Part shown: in pieces, positions 1 through 8,925 of the stretch | Layout of the letters: the number at the start of each line of letters is the position of its first letter | Position numbering within the stretch: the first letter of the stretch is position 1 | Assembly: GCA_965115865.1 (NCBI GenBank) | Contig: OZ220469.1 | Location: forward strand, 586,638 to 650,637 | Reading direction: 5' to 3' | DNA from: Phototrophicaceae bacterium | GTDB lineage: Bacteria; Chloroflexota; Anaerolineae; Aggregatilineales; Phototrophicaceae | DNA: 64,000 nucleotides | Made by a program: the position numbers and the translations under genes | The notes under the pieces: model-generated | Told to the model about the DNA's origin: nothing | What the model saw: the letters and a program-made list of their open reading frames with translations, nothing else | Databases searched by the model: none

Positions 1-1
1 C

Positions 2-301
2 TGGACAGACAACCTGGCCATCCCCATCGATGCGCCCAACCCAGAACTGGCGCAGGTTTTCATCGATTACATCCTGGATGCACAGGTCGGCGCCGACATC
101 AGCAACTACACCGCCTACGCCTCACCCAACCAGGCGGCCATCGAACAGGGCTTGATTGACGCGGAGATGCTGATGGACAATTCCATCTACCCCTCTGAAG
201 AGACGCGCATGAACCTCTTCACCATTCAGGAATCCACTGCGGAGCAAGACGAGCTCTATAACAACGCTTGGGATGAGCTATTGATCTTTGTTGGTGGCTG
301 A
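2..301 (+). CDS. ABC transporter substrate-binding protein, PotD/PotF (polyamine) type, C-terminal fragment; the 5' end lies outside the window
   Basis: Frame 2 is open from the window edge to TGA 299-301. The translation WTDNLAIPIDAPNPELAQVFIDYILDAQVGADISNYTAYASPNQAA...IYPSEE...YNNAWDELL resembles the C-terminal lobe of spermidine/putrescine-binding proteins. A potA-like ATPase follows. Confidence 0.6.
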   Translation, partial: WTDNLAIPIDAPNPELAQVFIDYILDAQVGADISNYTAYASPNQAAIEQGLIDAEMLMDNSIYPSEETRMNLFTIQESTAEQDELYNNAWDELLIFVGG

Positions 302-316
302 TTGGCGGCTACTTTT

Positions 317-356
317 GGGCGCGGCGCCGATATTCGGCTCTGCGCCCTCATCTTTT
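317..356 (+). terminator. Intercistronic hairpin plus T-tract between the binding-protein gene and potA (partial terminator/attenuator or mRNA stabiliser)
   Basis: GGGCGCGGCGCCGATATTCGGCTCTGCGCCC (317-347) folds with outer GGGCGC/GCGCCC and inner GCCGA/TCGGC pairs. It is followed by TCATCTTTTC. Confidence 0.4.
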
Positions 357-385
357 CGGCAAAGCGAAAGCGGATGAGCAGATGA

Positions 386-1495
386 ATGGAAGTTGAATTG
401 GTCGGCGTCAGCAAAGAATTTCGCGGGCGCCAGCAGACGGTCCCGGCCGTAAAGGATGTCAATTTGGCCGTCGCGCCGGGCGAATTTTTCGCATTGCTTG
501 GCCCGAGCGGTTGTGGCAAGACGACAACGCTGCGCATGATCGCCGGTTTCGAGCAGCCGACCCGCGGCGAGATTCGCATACGCGGGGTGGCCATGGCGGG
601 CATCCCGCCTTTTCATCGCCCAGTGAACACCGTCTTTCAGGATTATGCGCTCTTCCCGCATATGACGGTGGCGGAGAATGTGCGCTTTGGCTTGCGCATG
701 GCTGGGCTGGCGGGGGCCGAGGCAGAGCAACGGGCCGCGAAAGCGCTGGAGCTGGTGCAACTGCCGGCGGTGGGTGACCGGCGGCCGCGTCAACTCAGCG
801 GCGGCCAACAGCAACGGGTGGCGCTGGCACGCGCGCTGGTCAACGAGCCAGCGGTCTTGCTCCTCGATGAGCCGCTCGGCGCGCTGGATTTGAAATTGCG
901 CAAACAGATGCAATCCGAACTGAAAGCGATGCAAAAACGCCTGGGCATCAGCTTCATCTATGTCACTCATGACCAAGAAGAAGCGATGACCATGGCCGAC
1001 CGCATCGGTGTGATGCATGACGGCTGCTTGTTGCAAGTGGGCACGCCCGAAGAAACCTATGAGCAACCAGCCGACCGCTTCGTGGCCGATTTCATCGGTG
1101 AGACCAATTTCTTGGAAGGGCGCTTGGAAGAAAGCGCAGCTGGGCGTGGCTGGGTGCGCTTGGCCTTGGGTGAGGTTTTGTTACAAGGCGGTTTGCCAGC
1201 GGCGGGCACCGCAGTCGGGCAAAGCGTCACGCTCACCATCCGCCCCGAGAAGCTCACCCTCTTGCCGCAGGCAGCGGTCATGGAGAACACGGCAGAGACC
1301 ACCTTATTGCCAGTCGTGGTGGTGGCGACCAGCTATATTGGCACCGACACGCGTTACGAGGTGGAGTTGGTGGGAGGCGCTCGCTTGATGGTCCGACTAC
1401 AGAATTTCGGGGCGCGCTACGATACGACTTTCGCGGTGGGTGAGGCGGCAAAATTGCGTTGGGATGCGGCGAATGCGCGTGTGTTGGTGCGATGA
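386..1495 (+). CDS. potA: Polyamine-type ABC importer ATP-binding protein
   Basis: ATG at 386. Walker A GPSGCGKTT, ABC signature LSGGQQQRVALARAL, Walker B LLLDEPLGALD, H-loop YVTHDQ, and a C-terminal TOBE-like regulatory domain. Confidence 0.85.
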   Translation: MEVELVGVSKEFRGRQQTVPAVKDVNLAVAPGEFFALLGPSGCGKTTTLRMIAGFEQPTRGEIRIRGVAMAGIPPFHRPVNTVFQDYALFPHMTVAENVRFGLRMAGLAGAEAEQRAAKALELVQLPAVGDRRPRQLSGGQQQRVALARALVNEPAVLLLDEPLGALDLKLRKQMQSELKAMQKRLGISFIYVTHDQEEAMTMADRIGVMHDGCLLQVGTPEETYEQPADRFVADFIGETNFLEGRLEESAAGRGWVRLALGEVLLQGGLPAAGTAVGQSVTLTIRPEKLTLLPQAAVMENTAETTLLPVVVVATSYIGTDTRYEVELVGGARLMVRLQNFGARYDTTFAVGEAAKLRWDAANARVLVR

Positions 1496-1719
1496 GGGTC
1501 GAATGGTGCGCGGGTGGATTTGCTTGCGCTGCTGCCGTTTGGTATGGTGAATGGGGGAGCGACAAGTGGGAATTCTACACTCTCCCTCATCCTCGCTTGC
1601 GGCGAAAGCAATGGTCCATACCATTGGATTTTGGACGACAATGACTGCCGCGAACCGATGCTCAGGGATGAGTGCGACACCGGCGCCCAAGATGAACAGA
1701 CAGATGAGCGAGGTGGTTT

Positions 1720-2799
1720 ATGCCCCCAATTCGCGTCCTTGAGCTAAGCGGTGCTCCTTATGAAATGGGGTGGCAGCATGGCGCCCTCCACGCCGCCGCC
1801 ATCCACGAATTTTGCGACGAACGCATCCGCCTCAGCGGCGCGCCGAAATGGACCGGCCGCGCGCTCACCGCCCCCGAAGTGTTGGCGCTTGCGGAAGATT
1901 GCCTCCCCGCCCACGAACAATACGCGCCGGAACTCATGGAAGAGCTGCGCGGGATGGCCGAAGCCTGCGGTGAAAGCCTAGCCAGCCTCATCGTCAATAA
2001 TGGTTTCACCGATTTCATCGATACCGTGTATGCCAGCGGGCAACGCCAACGCGAGCCCGCCTACGAAGCGCACAATTGCACCGCTTTCCTCGTCGGTGGT
2101 GCGGCGGCCATAGATGGCCAAGCGCTCTATGGCCAGACCTGGGATATGCATGCCAGCGCCAAGCCCCATCTGCTGCTCTTGCGTGGCCGCCCCCATGAGG
2201 GACCGGCTTTTCTCGCGTTGAGCGTAGCTGGTTGCGTGGGCATGATGGGTATGAACGAAGCGGGCATCTGTATCGGTGTCAACAACCTGATGGGCGGCGA
2301 TGGACAGATTGGCGTGACTTGGCCCTTCGTCATCCGCCGCGCCTTGGCGCAGACCACCTTGGAAGCGGCGCTGGCCTGTGTGACGGAGGCGCCGCTGGCG
2401 GGCGCGCACAATTACCTGCTGCTCGATCGCGATGGTCGCGGTTTCAATATTGAGGCGATGTCCACTCGTCAGGAAATCACCCCCCTAGGGGGAGAGGCCA
2501 TCGTGCACACCAACCATTGCCTCTTTGCGCGCACGGCCGAATGCGAAAGGGAGCGTGAACCGCATTCGTTGGCCAGCTCGCGGGCGCGTTTGCGCATCGC
2601 CCGCGAATGGCTGCGACAGTGGCCCATAACGCCCCAGACGCTCATGGAGCTCACGAAGGCCGCTGAGGTCTGTCAGCGCCCACAACCGCCCTTGGCAGTC
2701 GAGAGCTGCGGCGCGGTCATCATGCGCCCGAGTCGCTCCGAATTCTGGGCTTGTTGGGGGCCGCCGGCCGATGGCGAGTATGAGCGCTTTCTGCTTTGA
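1720..2799 (+). CDS. Peptidase C45 / acyl-CoA:6-aminopenicillanic-acid acyltransferase-like Ntn hydrolase
   Basis: SD GAGGTGG lies just upstream of ATG 1720. The N-terminus LELSGAPYEMGWQHG and the H-N-C-T-A-F segment (candidate nucleophile Cys) are typical of the family. Confidence 0.55.
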   Translation: MPPIRVLELSGAPYEMGWQHGALHAAAIHEFCDERIRLSGAPKWTGRALTAPEVLALAEDCLPAHEQYAPELMEELRGMAEACGESLASLIVNNGFTDFIDTVYASGQRQREPAYEAHNCTAFLVGGAAAIDGQALYGQTWDMHASAKPHLLLLRGRPHEGPAFLALSVAGCVGMMGMNEAGICIGVNNLMGGDGQIGVTWPFVIRRALAQTTLEAALACVTEAPLAGAHNYLLLDRDGRGFNIEAMSTRQEITPLGGEAIVHTNHCLFARTAECEREREPHSLASSRARLRIAREWLRQWPITPQTLMELTKAAEVCQRPQPPLAVESCGAVIMRPSRSEFWACWGPPADGEYERFLL

Positions 2800-2812
2800 T
2801 TTGCGTTCGCCT

Positions 2813-3364
2813 TTAATCTCGGAGCGCGCCGAAATGTTCGCCGAGCGCCGCGCATAGGTCGGGGTGCGTCCCGGCGTAGACATACCAATAGTGATTGGGC
2901 TGGACGGCGAATTGGCCGACCTGGATGCAGGCGCTGCCGGCGTTTTGGGCGAAAACCGGGCCACGGGTTGCGCAGGCGAGGAAGTTGCTCAAGATGCGTT
3001 CTTGGTTCAAGACGAGCAAAAGGCCATATTTGCCCGCGGCCACATTCGTATAGGTGCGGGCGGCGAGGGCGCCGACATCCTGATAGCATTTCCCGATTGT
3101 GCCCAGGCGCTCGATGAGGCCGGCGGCCAGGAAATTGCCGCTGAGCAGGCTGGCGCCGGCGATGAATTGGTCGATGGCGAAGAGCGCGTCCAGTGTATCC
3201 AGCTCGGAATAACCGGGGATATCATGCAACAAATAACGCTGAGCGGCGGCGGCATCTTGCTGGCTGTCGCGGTTCGTGGTCGCTGGTTGGCAGGCCATCA
3301 GGACAGACAGGAATAACAATACTCCGTACCCGCAATGCAAGATGGGCTTTCCATTGGCGCGCAT
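2813..3364 (-). CDS. Hypothetical lipoprotein
   Basis: Signal peptide with lipobox V-L-M-A-C. No recognisable catalytic motif. ATG 3364 sits 6 nt downstream of a TATACT box and has no SD. Confidence 0.5.
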   Translation of the reverse strand: MRANGKPILHCGYGVLLFLSVLMACQPATTNRDSQQDAAAAQRYLLHDIPGYSELDTLDALFAIDQFIAGASLLSGNFLAAGLIERLGTIGKCYQDVGALAARTYTNVAAGKYGLLLVLNQERILSNFLACATRGPVFAQNAGSACIQVGQFAVQPNHYWYVYAGTHPDLCAALGEHFGALRD

Positions 3365-3376
3365 ATTTGCAGTATA
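3365..3376 (-). promoter_or_regulatory. -10 box TATACT, 6 nt upstream of ATG 3364 (leaderless-type promoter)
   Basis: The minus strand reads CTTATACTGCAAATATG. No SD and no clear -35. Confidence 0.4.
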
Positions 3377-3428
3377 AGTATGCTGGCGAAAGACGCTGGC
3401 GGGTGGCCTGGGCCACTGCTATTTTGGC

Positions 3429-4364
3429 ATGATGTTGGCCCGTTTTTTTCTTGCGTTCGCCTGTACCGCGGCGGTTGCCATCCCTGTGTTGGCGCAGCAA
3501 CTCCCTCGCCCCAGTATCCCGAGCCCGCCGCCCGCGGCTTTGGTGCGCATCGAATCCCCGCCCTATAACCTCGAGTTGTACTTTGAAGAATTGCCGCAAG
3601 GAGGGGTCGGTTTGTTGCGCGTGACGGGTGGCGCGATTCGCACCCTAACCTTGCATTGCTTCCAGCGCGAGATACCGACTTTTGTCAGCGATGATGCGCA
3701 TTATGCTTTGTTGGCGGTGGCGATGCAGCAGGCGCCGCGCCAGTATACGCTCAGGGTGGCTATCGTGGGCGCCGACGGCGCCGTCGCGACCATCGAGGCC
3801 AATTTCCCGGTGACGGTCGGCCGCTTCATCACCAGGGAGGTGACTTTGCCGCGGGAGAGCGCCGCGTTGCTGGATGATGAATTGGAGCAAGCGGAGGTCA
3901 ACCGCCTGCGCGAATGGGTCGGGCCAGAGACCCAGGCATCCTGGGAAAACCTACAATGGCCGACCGGACGCCCGCTCAGCGCGCCCTACGGCGAGTTTCG
4001 CAGTTTCAATGGCGATTATCGGGCGCGCCATAGCGGTTGGGATTTCCGCGCGCCGCTGGGGTCGCCGGTGGCCGCGATGGCGGCCGGTAGGGTGGTCTAC
4101 GCGGGCTGGTTGGCTTTGCGTGGGCATTATGTGCTCATCGACCACGGCGCGACGCTCTATTCGGGTTACGCCCATTTTTCGCAGGTCCATGTGGTTCGTG
4201 GGCAAAGGGTGCGCGCCGGGCAAATCATTGGCATGAGCGGCACCAGCGGCCGCAGCACCGCGCCGCACTTGCATTGGGAGGTCGCTTTGCAGGGGCAATG
4301 GGTCGATGGCCGCGCCGTGATGGAGATGTGGTTGCCTTGGCCGCAAGCGCTCACACCACAATGA
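3429..4364 (+). CDS. M23 (LytM) family metallopeptidase, secreted
   Basis: N-terminal signal peptide. Zinc motifs H-S-G-W-D (HxxxD) and P-H-L-H-W-E-V (HxH), plus GMSGTSGRSTAPH. Confidence 0.8.
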   Translation: MMLARFFLAFACTAAVAIPVLAQQLPRPSIPSPPPAALVRIESPPYNLELYFEELPQGGVGLLRVTGGAIRTLTLHCFQREIPTFVSDDAHYALLAVAMQQAPRQYTLRVAIVGADGAVATIEANFPVTVGRFITREVTLPRESAALLDDELEQAEVNRLREWVGPETQASWENLQWPTGRPLSAPYGEFRSFNGDYRARHSGWDFRAPLGSPVAAMAAGRVVYAGWLALRGHYVLIDHGATLYSGYAHFSQVHVVRGQRVRAGQIIGMSGTSGRSTAPHLHWEVALQGQWVDGRAVMEMWLPWPQALTPQ

Positions 4365-4445
4365 ATCAGACCCGCGGGCAATTGGGCGGATGACCCCTTC
4401 ATCACTATCCCATCCTTGTCTACCGCGAGTTGCCGTCAAGGTGTT

Positions 4446-5375
4446 ATGATAGGGTCGATGTTGCGACGCTCATTGCTCTACCTATCGACGGCCAATTGGG
4501 CGCAGCGTTTCGCCACCCGCAATGGGTTGGCGCGTCGCGTCGCCCGTCGCTTTGTCGCCGGCGAAACGCTCGCCGAATCGCTCGTGGTTGCCAAAGCGCT
4601 CAACGCCGAAGGTATGCGGGTGACTTTCACTCATCTGGGCGAAGCGGTTCATAGTGAAGCGGAAACTCAAGTGGTGGTCGAAGAATACCAGCGGGTGGCT
4701 TCGGCCATCGCCGACGAAGGGTTGAGGGCAGATATCGCCCTTAAGGTCACGCAGTTGGGTTTGGATATCGACGAAGAAGTTTGCGAAGCCAACCTGCGTG
4801 CCATCTTGCAATTTGCGCGCGACCGCGGCGGCACGCGCGTCACGCTCGATATGGAAAGTAGCGCTTATATCGAACCCACCCTGCGTTTGTATCGGGGCTT
4901 ACGGGCAGAGTTCGGAGAGCAGGTTGGCGTCGCCATCCAATCTTATTTGCGGAGTAGCGCCGAAGATTTGGCGAACCTGGCCGACAAAAGTGCCGTCATC
5001 CGCATCGTCAAAGGCGCTTATCTGGAATCACCGTCGATTGTATTTTCGGATAAGGCGGAGGTGGACGCCAATTACCTTCGCCTCATGCGGCAATTCTTCG
5101 ACCAACCGGGCGCATTCCTGGATGTCGCCACCCATGATGAGCGTATGATCGCGGCTACGCGCGAACACATCGCTGCCCGAGAAATTCCGCGCGAACGCTA
5201 TGAGTTTCAAATGCTCTACGGTATCCGTAGGGAGTTGCAGCGCGAATTGGTCAAAACCGACCCCGTTTGTGTGCTGATTTCTTTTGGCGCAGAATGGTAC
5301 CCCTATTTCATGCGGCGCCTCGCGGAGCGACCGGCCAATTTGGTCTTTTTCTTGCGCAGCCTTTTTCGTTCATAG
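4446..5375 (+). CDS. Proline dehydrogenase (monofunctional PutA-type)
   Basis: RFVAGETLAESL...THLGE...IVKGAY...ATHDE...FQMLYGIR motifs of the proline dehydrogenase TIM barrel. The ORF opens at TTG 4416; ATG 4446 was chosen, so the start is uncertain. Confidence 0.7.
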   Translation: MIGSMLRRSLLYLSTANWAQRFATRNGLARRVARRFVAGETLAESLVVAKALNAEGMRVTFTHLGEAVHSEAETQVVVEEYQRVASAIADEGLRADIALKVTQLGLDIDEEVCEANLRAILQFARDRGGTRVTLDMESSAYIEPTLRLYRGLRAEFGEQVGVAIQSYLRSSAEDLANLADKSAVIRIVKGAYLESPSIVFSDKAEVDANYLRLMRQFFDQPGAFLDVATHDERMIAATREHIAAREIPRERYEFQMLYGIRRELQRELVKTDPVCVLISFGAEWYPYFMRRLAERPANLVFFLRSLFRS

Positions 5376-6482
5376 CAACGCCGTGAGGCGCGCCAGGATA
5401 TGGCGCTCTGCTTTGGCAAAGCTGAGCTTGGCTCTTTCCTCGACGGTGAGCCAGCGAAAGGTGGTATTCGGCAAACGGAAGCTTGGCGTCAGCTTGGCGC
5501 GATAGACGAATAGTTGCGCGCGCAGGCCAGAGATATGCAGGGGTATCACCGAGTACAGCTCGCCAACCTGCGCCGCGCAACCCAATTGCTCGCGCAGGAA
5601 TGCGGCCAGCAGCGTGGCGCCGGCGGCGGGCGAATCATTTTGTGGGTCTTCTGCGCGCAGCCGGATGCGGCCGCCGGGAAAAGTCCAGAGATTCCCCAGG
5701 GTTTCATCGGTCGCGCGCTGGCGCAGCAAAAGGCGTCCGGCGTCATCGAAGATGATTGCGCCGAGGTGCCACTCTCGCCTCAGCGCTGAGCGGCGGCGTG
5801 GCTGCGGGCGCAGGGAGACGGTGCCGCGTAGGTGGGCGCGGCAATGCGCGCGCAGGGGGCATTCTGGGCAACGCGTTTTGCGTGGCCGACAGATGCGTTG
5901 CCCCAATTCCATGAGTGCCTCGTTATGGCGCCCCGGCGCATCATAAGGGAGCCAATCTTGGGCGGCCCGCTCGAGAAGGCGCGCGCCTTGGCCTTGGTGA
6001 ACATCGCCGGCGATATCCAACAGGCGGCTCAGGACACGGCGGACATTGCCATCGACGGCGGCGACGGGGGAGCCGAAAGCGATGCTGGCGATGGCCGCGG
6101 CCGTATATTTGCCGATGCCAGGCAACGCGCTCAGCGCTTCCTCCGAGCGCGGCAATTCACCGCCATATCGCTGCATGATGATTTTTGCGGCCTTTTGTAG
6201 GTTGCGTACCCGCGCGTAATAACCGAGACCTTCCCAACGCTTGATGACGGATTCCGCAGGGGCCCTCGCTAGGTCCTGAATGGTCGGGAAGGCTTCGAGA
6301 AAGCGCTCATAATAACGGAGCACGGTGGCGACGCGCGTCTGTGTGAGCATAATTTCAGCGACCCAAACGCGGTAGGGGTTGCGCTGGCGTCGCCAGGGCA
6401 AAGCGGTTGCCTGCTTTTGGAACCAGGCATGCAGCGCGTCACGAGCTGCTGTGCTCAAGGGGTGAAGCGAAGGCGTTTCCAT
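5370..6482 (-). CDS. mutY: A/G-specific adenine DNA glycosylase
   Basis: LPWRRQRNPYRVWVAEIMLTQT HhH-GPD domain, 4Fe-4S loop CRPRKTRCPECPLRAHC, and a C-terminal NUDIX-like domain. Its end converges on and overlaps the proline dehydrogenase end by 6 nt. Confidence 0.85.
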   Translation of the reverse strand: METPSLHPLSTAARDALHAWFQKQATALPWRRQRNPYRVWVAEIMLTQTRVATVLRYYERFLEAFPTIQDLARAPAESVIKRWEGLGYYARVRNLQKAAKIIMQRYGGELPRSEEALSALPGIGKYTAAAIASIAFGSPVAAVDGNVRRVLSRLLDIAGDVHQGQGARLLERAAQDWLPYDAPGRHNEALMELGQRICRPRKTRCPECPLRAHCRAHLRGTVSLRPQPRRRSALRREWHLGAIIFDDAGRLLLRQRATDETLGNLWTFPGGRIRLRAEDPQNDSPAAGATLLAAFLREQLGCAAQVGELYSVIPLHISGLRAQLFVYRAKLTPSFRLPNTTFRWLTVEERAKLSFAKAERHILARLTALL

Positions 6483-6495
6483 ACTTGCACTCTCC

Positions 6496-6501
6496 AGTAT
6501 A
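6496..6501 (-). promoter_or_regulatory. Candidate -10 box TATACT upstream of mutY
   Basis: The minus strand reads GACTATACTGGAGAGTGCAAGTATG. The spacing leaves a very short leader containing GGAGAG. Confidence 0.3.
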
Positions 6502-6549
6502 GTCGCGCGGCGCGGCGCGGGTAGGGGAGCGCGGAAGCGCCGTAGTCGC

Positions 6550-6555
6550 TAGACT
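6550..6555 (+). promoter_or_regulatory. Candidate -10 box TAGACT, 8 nt upstream of ATG 6564 (SLOG gene)
   Basis: CGCTAGACTGAGTGGTTATG. No SD. Confidence 0.3.
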
Positions 6556-6563
6556 GAGTGGTT

Positions 6564-7280
6564 ATGGGCGGGGACGACGAGCCAAAAGCGAGGGTTTTGG
6601 CATCTTTCGCGCATTGCGCGCCGGGGGGCGCGGTCGGGCGCGTCCTGGATGAACTGGGCCTGACGCCACCGCGTCCGGCGCTTTTCGTCAGTGGTGGTGC
6701 GCTCCAGCTGGCCAAGGAATATGAAGAGCTGGTGTGTGATTTATTGCGGGGAATAGCGCGGGTGGCGGCGGTGCTTGAACTTTGCCTGGTCGACGGTGGG
6801 ACCTCTTCGGGCGTGATGGCCTTATTGGGCCAGGCGCGTGCTGAGATGGGCGCGACTTTTCCCCTCATCGGTGTTTTGCCTGAGGGTATCCTACAACGCC
6901 GCGGTGAGGGGATATTGGATGGGAATCACAGTCATTTTTTGCTGGTGGATGGTGAAGATTGGGGCGCGGAATCCGGATGGCTCTCGCGCCTGGTTCGTGC
7001 CCTCGGCGCTGGGCGCCATCCCCCCCTTGGCTTGTTGCTGAATGGGGGGCGGATTGCCCAACGCGATATCCGCGCGGCACTCGCTGAGGGCTTGCCCATC
7101 TGGTCGCTGGCGGGCACCGGTAGATTGGCGGATGCGCTAGCCATCGCGCGCGCTACTGGGGAAGGGGAGCCCGAGTTGCGCGAATTGGCGCTTTCCCCCG
7201 CGCTGAAATCATTGGATGGCCTGGCCGGCGGCGCGATGCTGGAGCGAAAACTATTGCAATATTTCGCCATTTCCCGCTGA
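6564..7280 (+). CDS. SLOG-superfamily protein, prokaryotic homologue of the TRPM-channel N-terminal domain (LSDAT_prok-like)
   Basis: FVSGGA..., LVDGGTSSGVM, PLIGVLPEG and especially ILDGNHSHFLLVDGEDWG match the conserved strands of the TRPM N-terminal SLOG domain. Alternative GTG start at 6558. Confidence 0.6.
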   Translation: MGGDDEPKARVLASFAHCAPGGAVGRVLDELGLTPPRPALFVSGGALQLAKEYEELVCDLLRGIARVAAVLELCLVDGGTSSGVMALLGQARAEMGATFPLIGVLPEGILQRRGEGILDGNHSHFLLVDGEDWGAESGWLSRLVRALGAGRHPPLGLLLNGGRIAQRDIRAALAEGLPIWSLAGTGRLADALAIARATGEGEPELRELALSPALKSLDGLAGGAMLERKLLQYFAISR

Positions 7281-7294
7281 ATGGGGCAGCCCGA

Positions 7295-8473
7295 TCATTC
7301 TTCGTTGGCCAATTCCGCCCAGATTTCTTGCGCCGCAATATTCAGCCCTTCCTTTTCCTCTTTCGTAAAAGCCTGCCCGCGCGCTTTTTCGCGCAATTGC
7401 CAATATTGCGCGAGCAACGCCGACGGGTCAGCGCTGATTTCTTGTAGGCGCGCTTCGACTGGGCCGCTCAGCTCGCGTTGGCTGGCGGCGATGTGCTCGG
7501 CGCCGGCGGCCCGCAGCAATTGCCGCAAAGCGCGCTCGGTCAATTTCGCATCTTGTTCGCGGGTGAGGCGCAGATCTGGGCGGACGATTGCGCCGGTGAT
7601 GTCGCAATCGGCGATGGCGTCGCGAAAGGCCAATAGTGGGTCATCGGCATCGCGCAGATCGACAGCGATGCGCAGAAAGGCCCGTGACGGCAGGGGTTGA
7701 AGGCGCCATTCCGCTCGTCCACGGGCGATTTCGGCGCGGATATAGCCCTTTTCTTCGGCGGCCGCGCTGAAATCCAGTCCTTGCAAGCTACCGGGGTAGA
7801 CCAAAGGTGGGGAATCGTCGTCGCCCAACTCCTGGTGGCGATGGATGGCGCCCAGGGCGACATAATCCCAGGCGGGGTTGGCGAGAGCCGCTTGGGGTAA
7901 GGTGCTTTGCGGTGGTCGCTCATCAGCGGTGGCCGCCTCGGAAAGATGGGTATGCGCGAGCAATACGCGCGGCGCATCGCCAGCCACCGCCGCGGCCAAT
8001 TTGGGGATTTCCGCCGCGATTTTGGCCGGGTCGTGGTGATGCGGTGCGGTCGCCAAGGTGATTGGTCCACCCTTGCATTGCAGGCTCTGGATGGAGAAAT
8101 CCATCGCGACATGAACTCTTGGCAGGGGCAAGGTGGCGAAAATCGCCAAACTGGAGGCGTGTTCGGGTTGGGCGGGTGCGTCATGTTGGCCGACTAAGAG
8201 GACCAGCGGCGCGATGTCGGCCAAGGCCAACACCCGCTCGGCGAAAGCGCGTTGCAGGTTCGGCCCCGGTTGCGAGGAATGGTAGGCATCGCCAGCGAAT
8301 AGGATGACATCTGGTGGTTGCGCGCGCGCGTCGCTGATGAGCGCATCGAGCGCGCGCAGCGTATCTAGGGTGCGTGGAAAGAGCCCAGCCGCATCGGCCC
8401 GCCCGCTGTAGCGCTCGAGCCCAAGGTGCAGGTCCGCAAAATGCAGGATTTGGCGGGCCTGGCCAGCGCTCAT
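7295..8473 (-). CDS. sbcD: Mre11/SbcD-like metallophosphoesterase nuclease
   Basis: ILHFADLHLG and ILFAGDAYH phosphoesterase motifs, later LLAHTHL. ATG 8473 overlaps the dtd stop as ATGA. No SbcC-like ATPase is adjacent. Confidence 0.7.
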   Translation of the reverse strand: MSAGQARQILHFADLHLGLERYSGRADAAGLFPRTLDTLRALDALISDARAQPPDVILFAGDAYHSSQPGPNLQRAFAERVLALADIAPLVLLVGQHDAPAQPEHASSLAIFATLPLPRVHVAMDFSIQSLQCKGGPITLATAPHHHDPAKIAAEIPKLAAAVAGDAPRVLLAHTHLSEAATADERPPQSTLPQAALANPAWDYVALGAIHRHQELGDDDSPPLVYPGSLQGLDFSAAAEEKGYIRAEIARGRAEWRLQPLPSRAFLRIAVDLRDADDPLLAFRDAIADCDITGAIVRPDLRLTREQDAKLTERALRQLLRAAGAEHIAASQRELSGPVEARLQEISADPSALLAQYWQLREKARGQAFTKEEKEGLNIAAQEIWAELANEE

Positions 8474-8925
8474 CGGCGTAGCTCGGCCGTGTCCAACCAA
8501 AAAGTGGCCGGACCCTCGTTTTGGATATCGACGCGCATGGTGGCGCCGAAACGCCCTTCCGCCACCGGGGCGAGCCCTTCTTGGCGCAGGCAGGCGGCGA
8601 AATTTCGCACCAAGGGCGCCGCCTCAGGTGGTGCGGCGGCGCGCAAGTAGCTCGGGCGTCGCCCCTTGCGCATATCGGCATACAGTGTGAATTGAGAAAC
8701 GACTAGGGCGCCCAGGGATGCATCGCGTGCGGAAATGTTCATCACGCCGCGCTTGTCATCAAAAATGCGCAAGCCAGCCGCTTTTTTCGCCAGCCAAGTG
8801 GCTTCCTCCTGGCCATCGCCTGGCGTCACGCCCAATAATATCAGCAAACCGGCGCCGATTTCGCCCACGATTTCTTCCCCCACCCAGACGCGCGCCTGGG
8901 AAACGCGTTGCAACAAGGCGCGCAT
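8470..8925 (-). CDS. dtd: D-aminoacyl-tRNA deacylase
   Basis: MRALLQRVSQARV...GLLILLGV...RIFDD...VVSQFTL...GRRPS...RFGA.M.V...NEGP.T full-length Dtd pattern. The start overlaps the upstream stop as TGATG. Confidence 0.9.
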   Translation of the reverse strand: MRALLQRVSQARVWVGEEIVGEIGAGLLILLGVTPGDGQEEATWLAKKAAGLRIFDDKRGVMNISARDASLGALVVSQFTLYADMRKGRRPSYLRAAAPPEAAPLVRNFAACLRQEGLAPVAEGRFGATMRVDIQNEGPATFWLDTAELRR

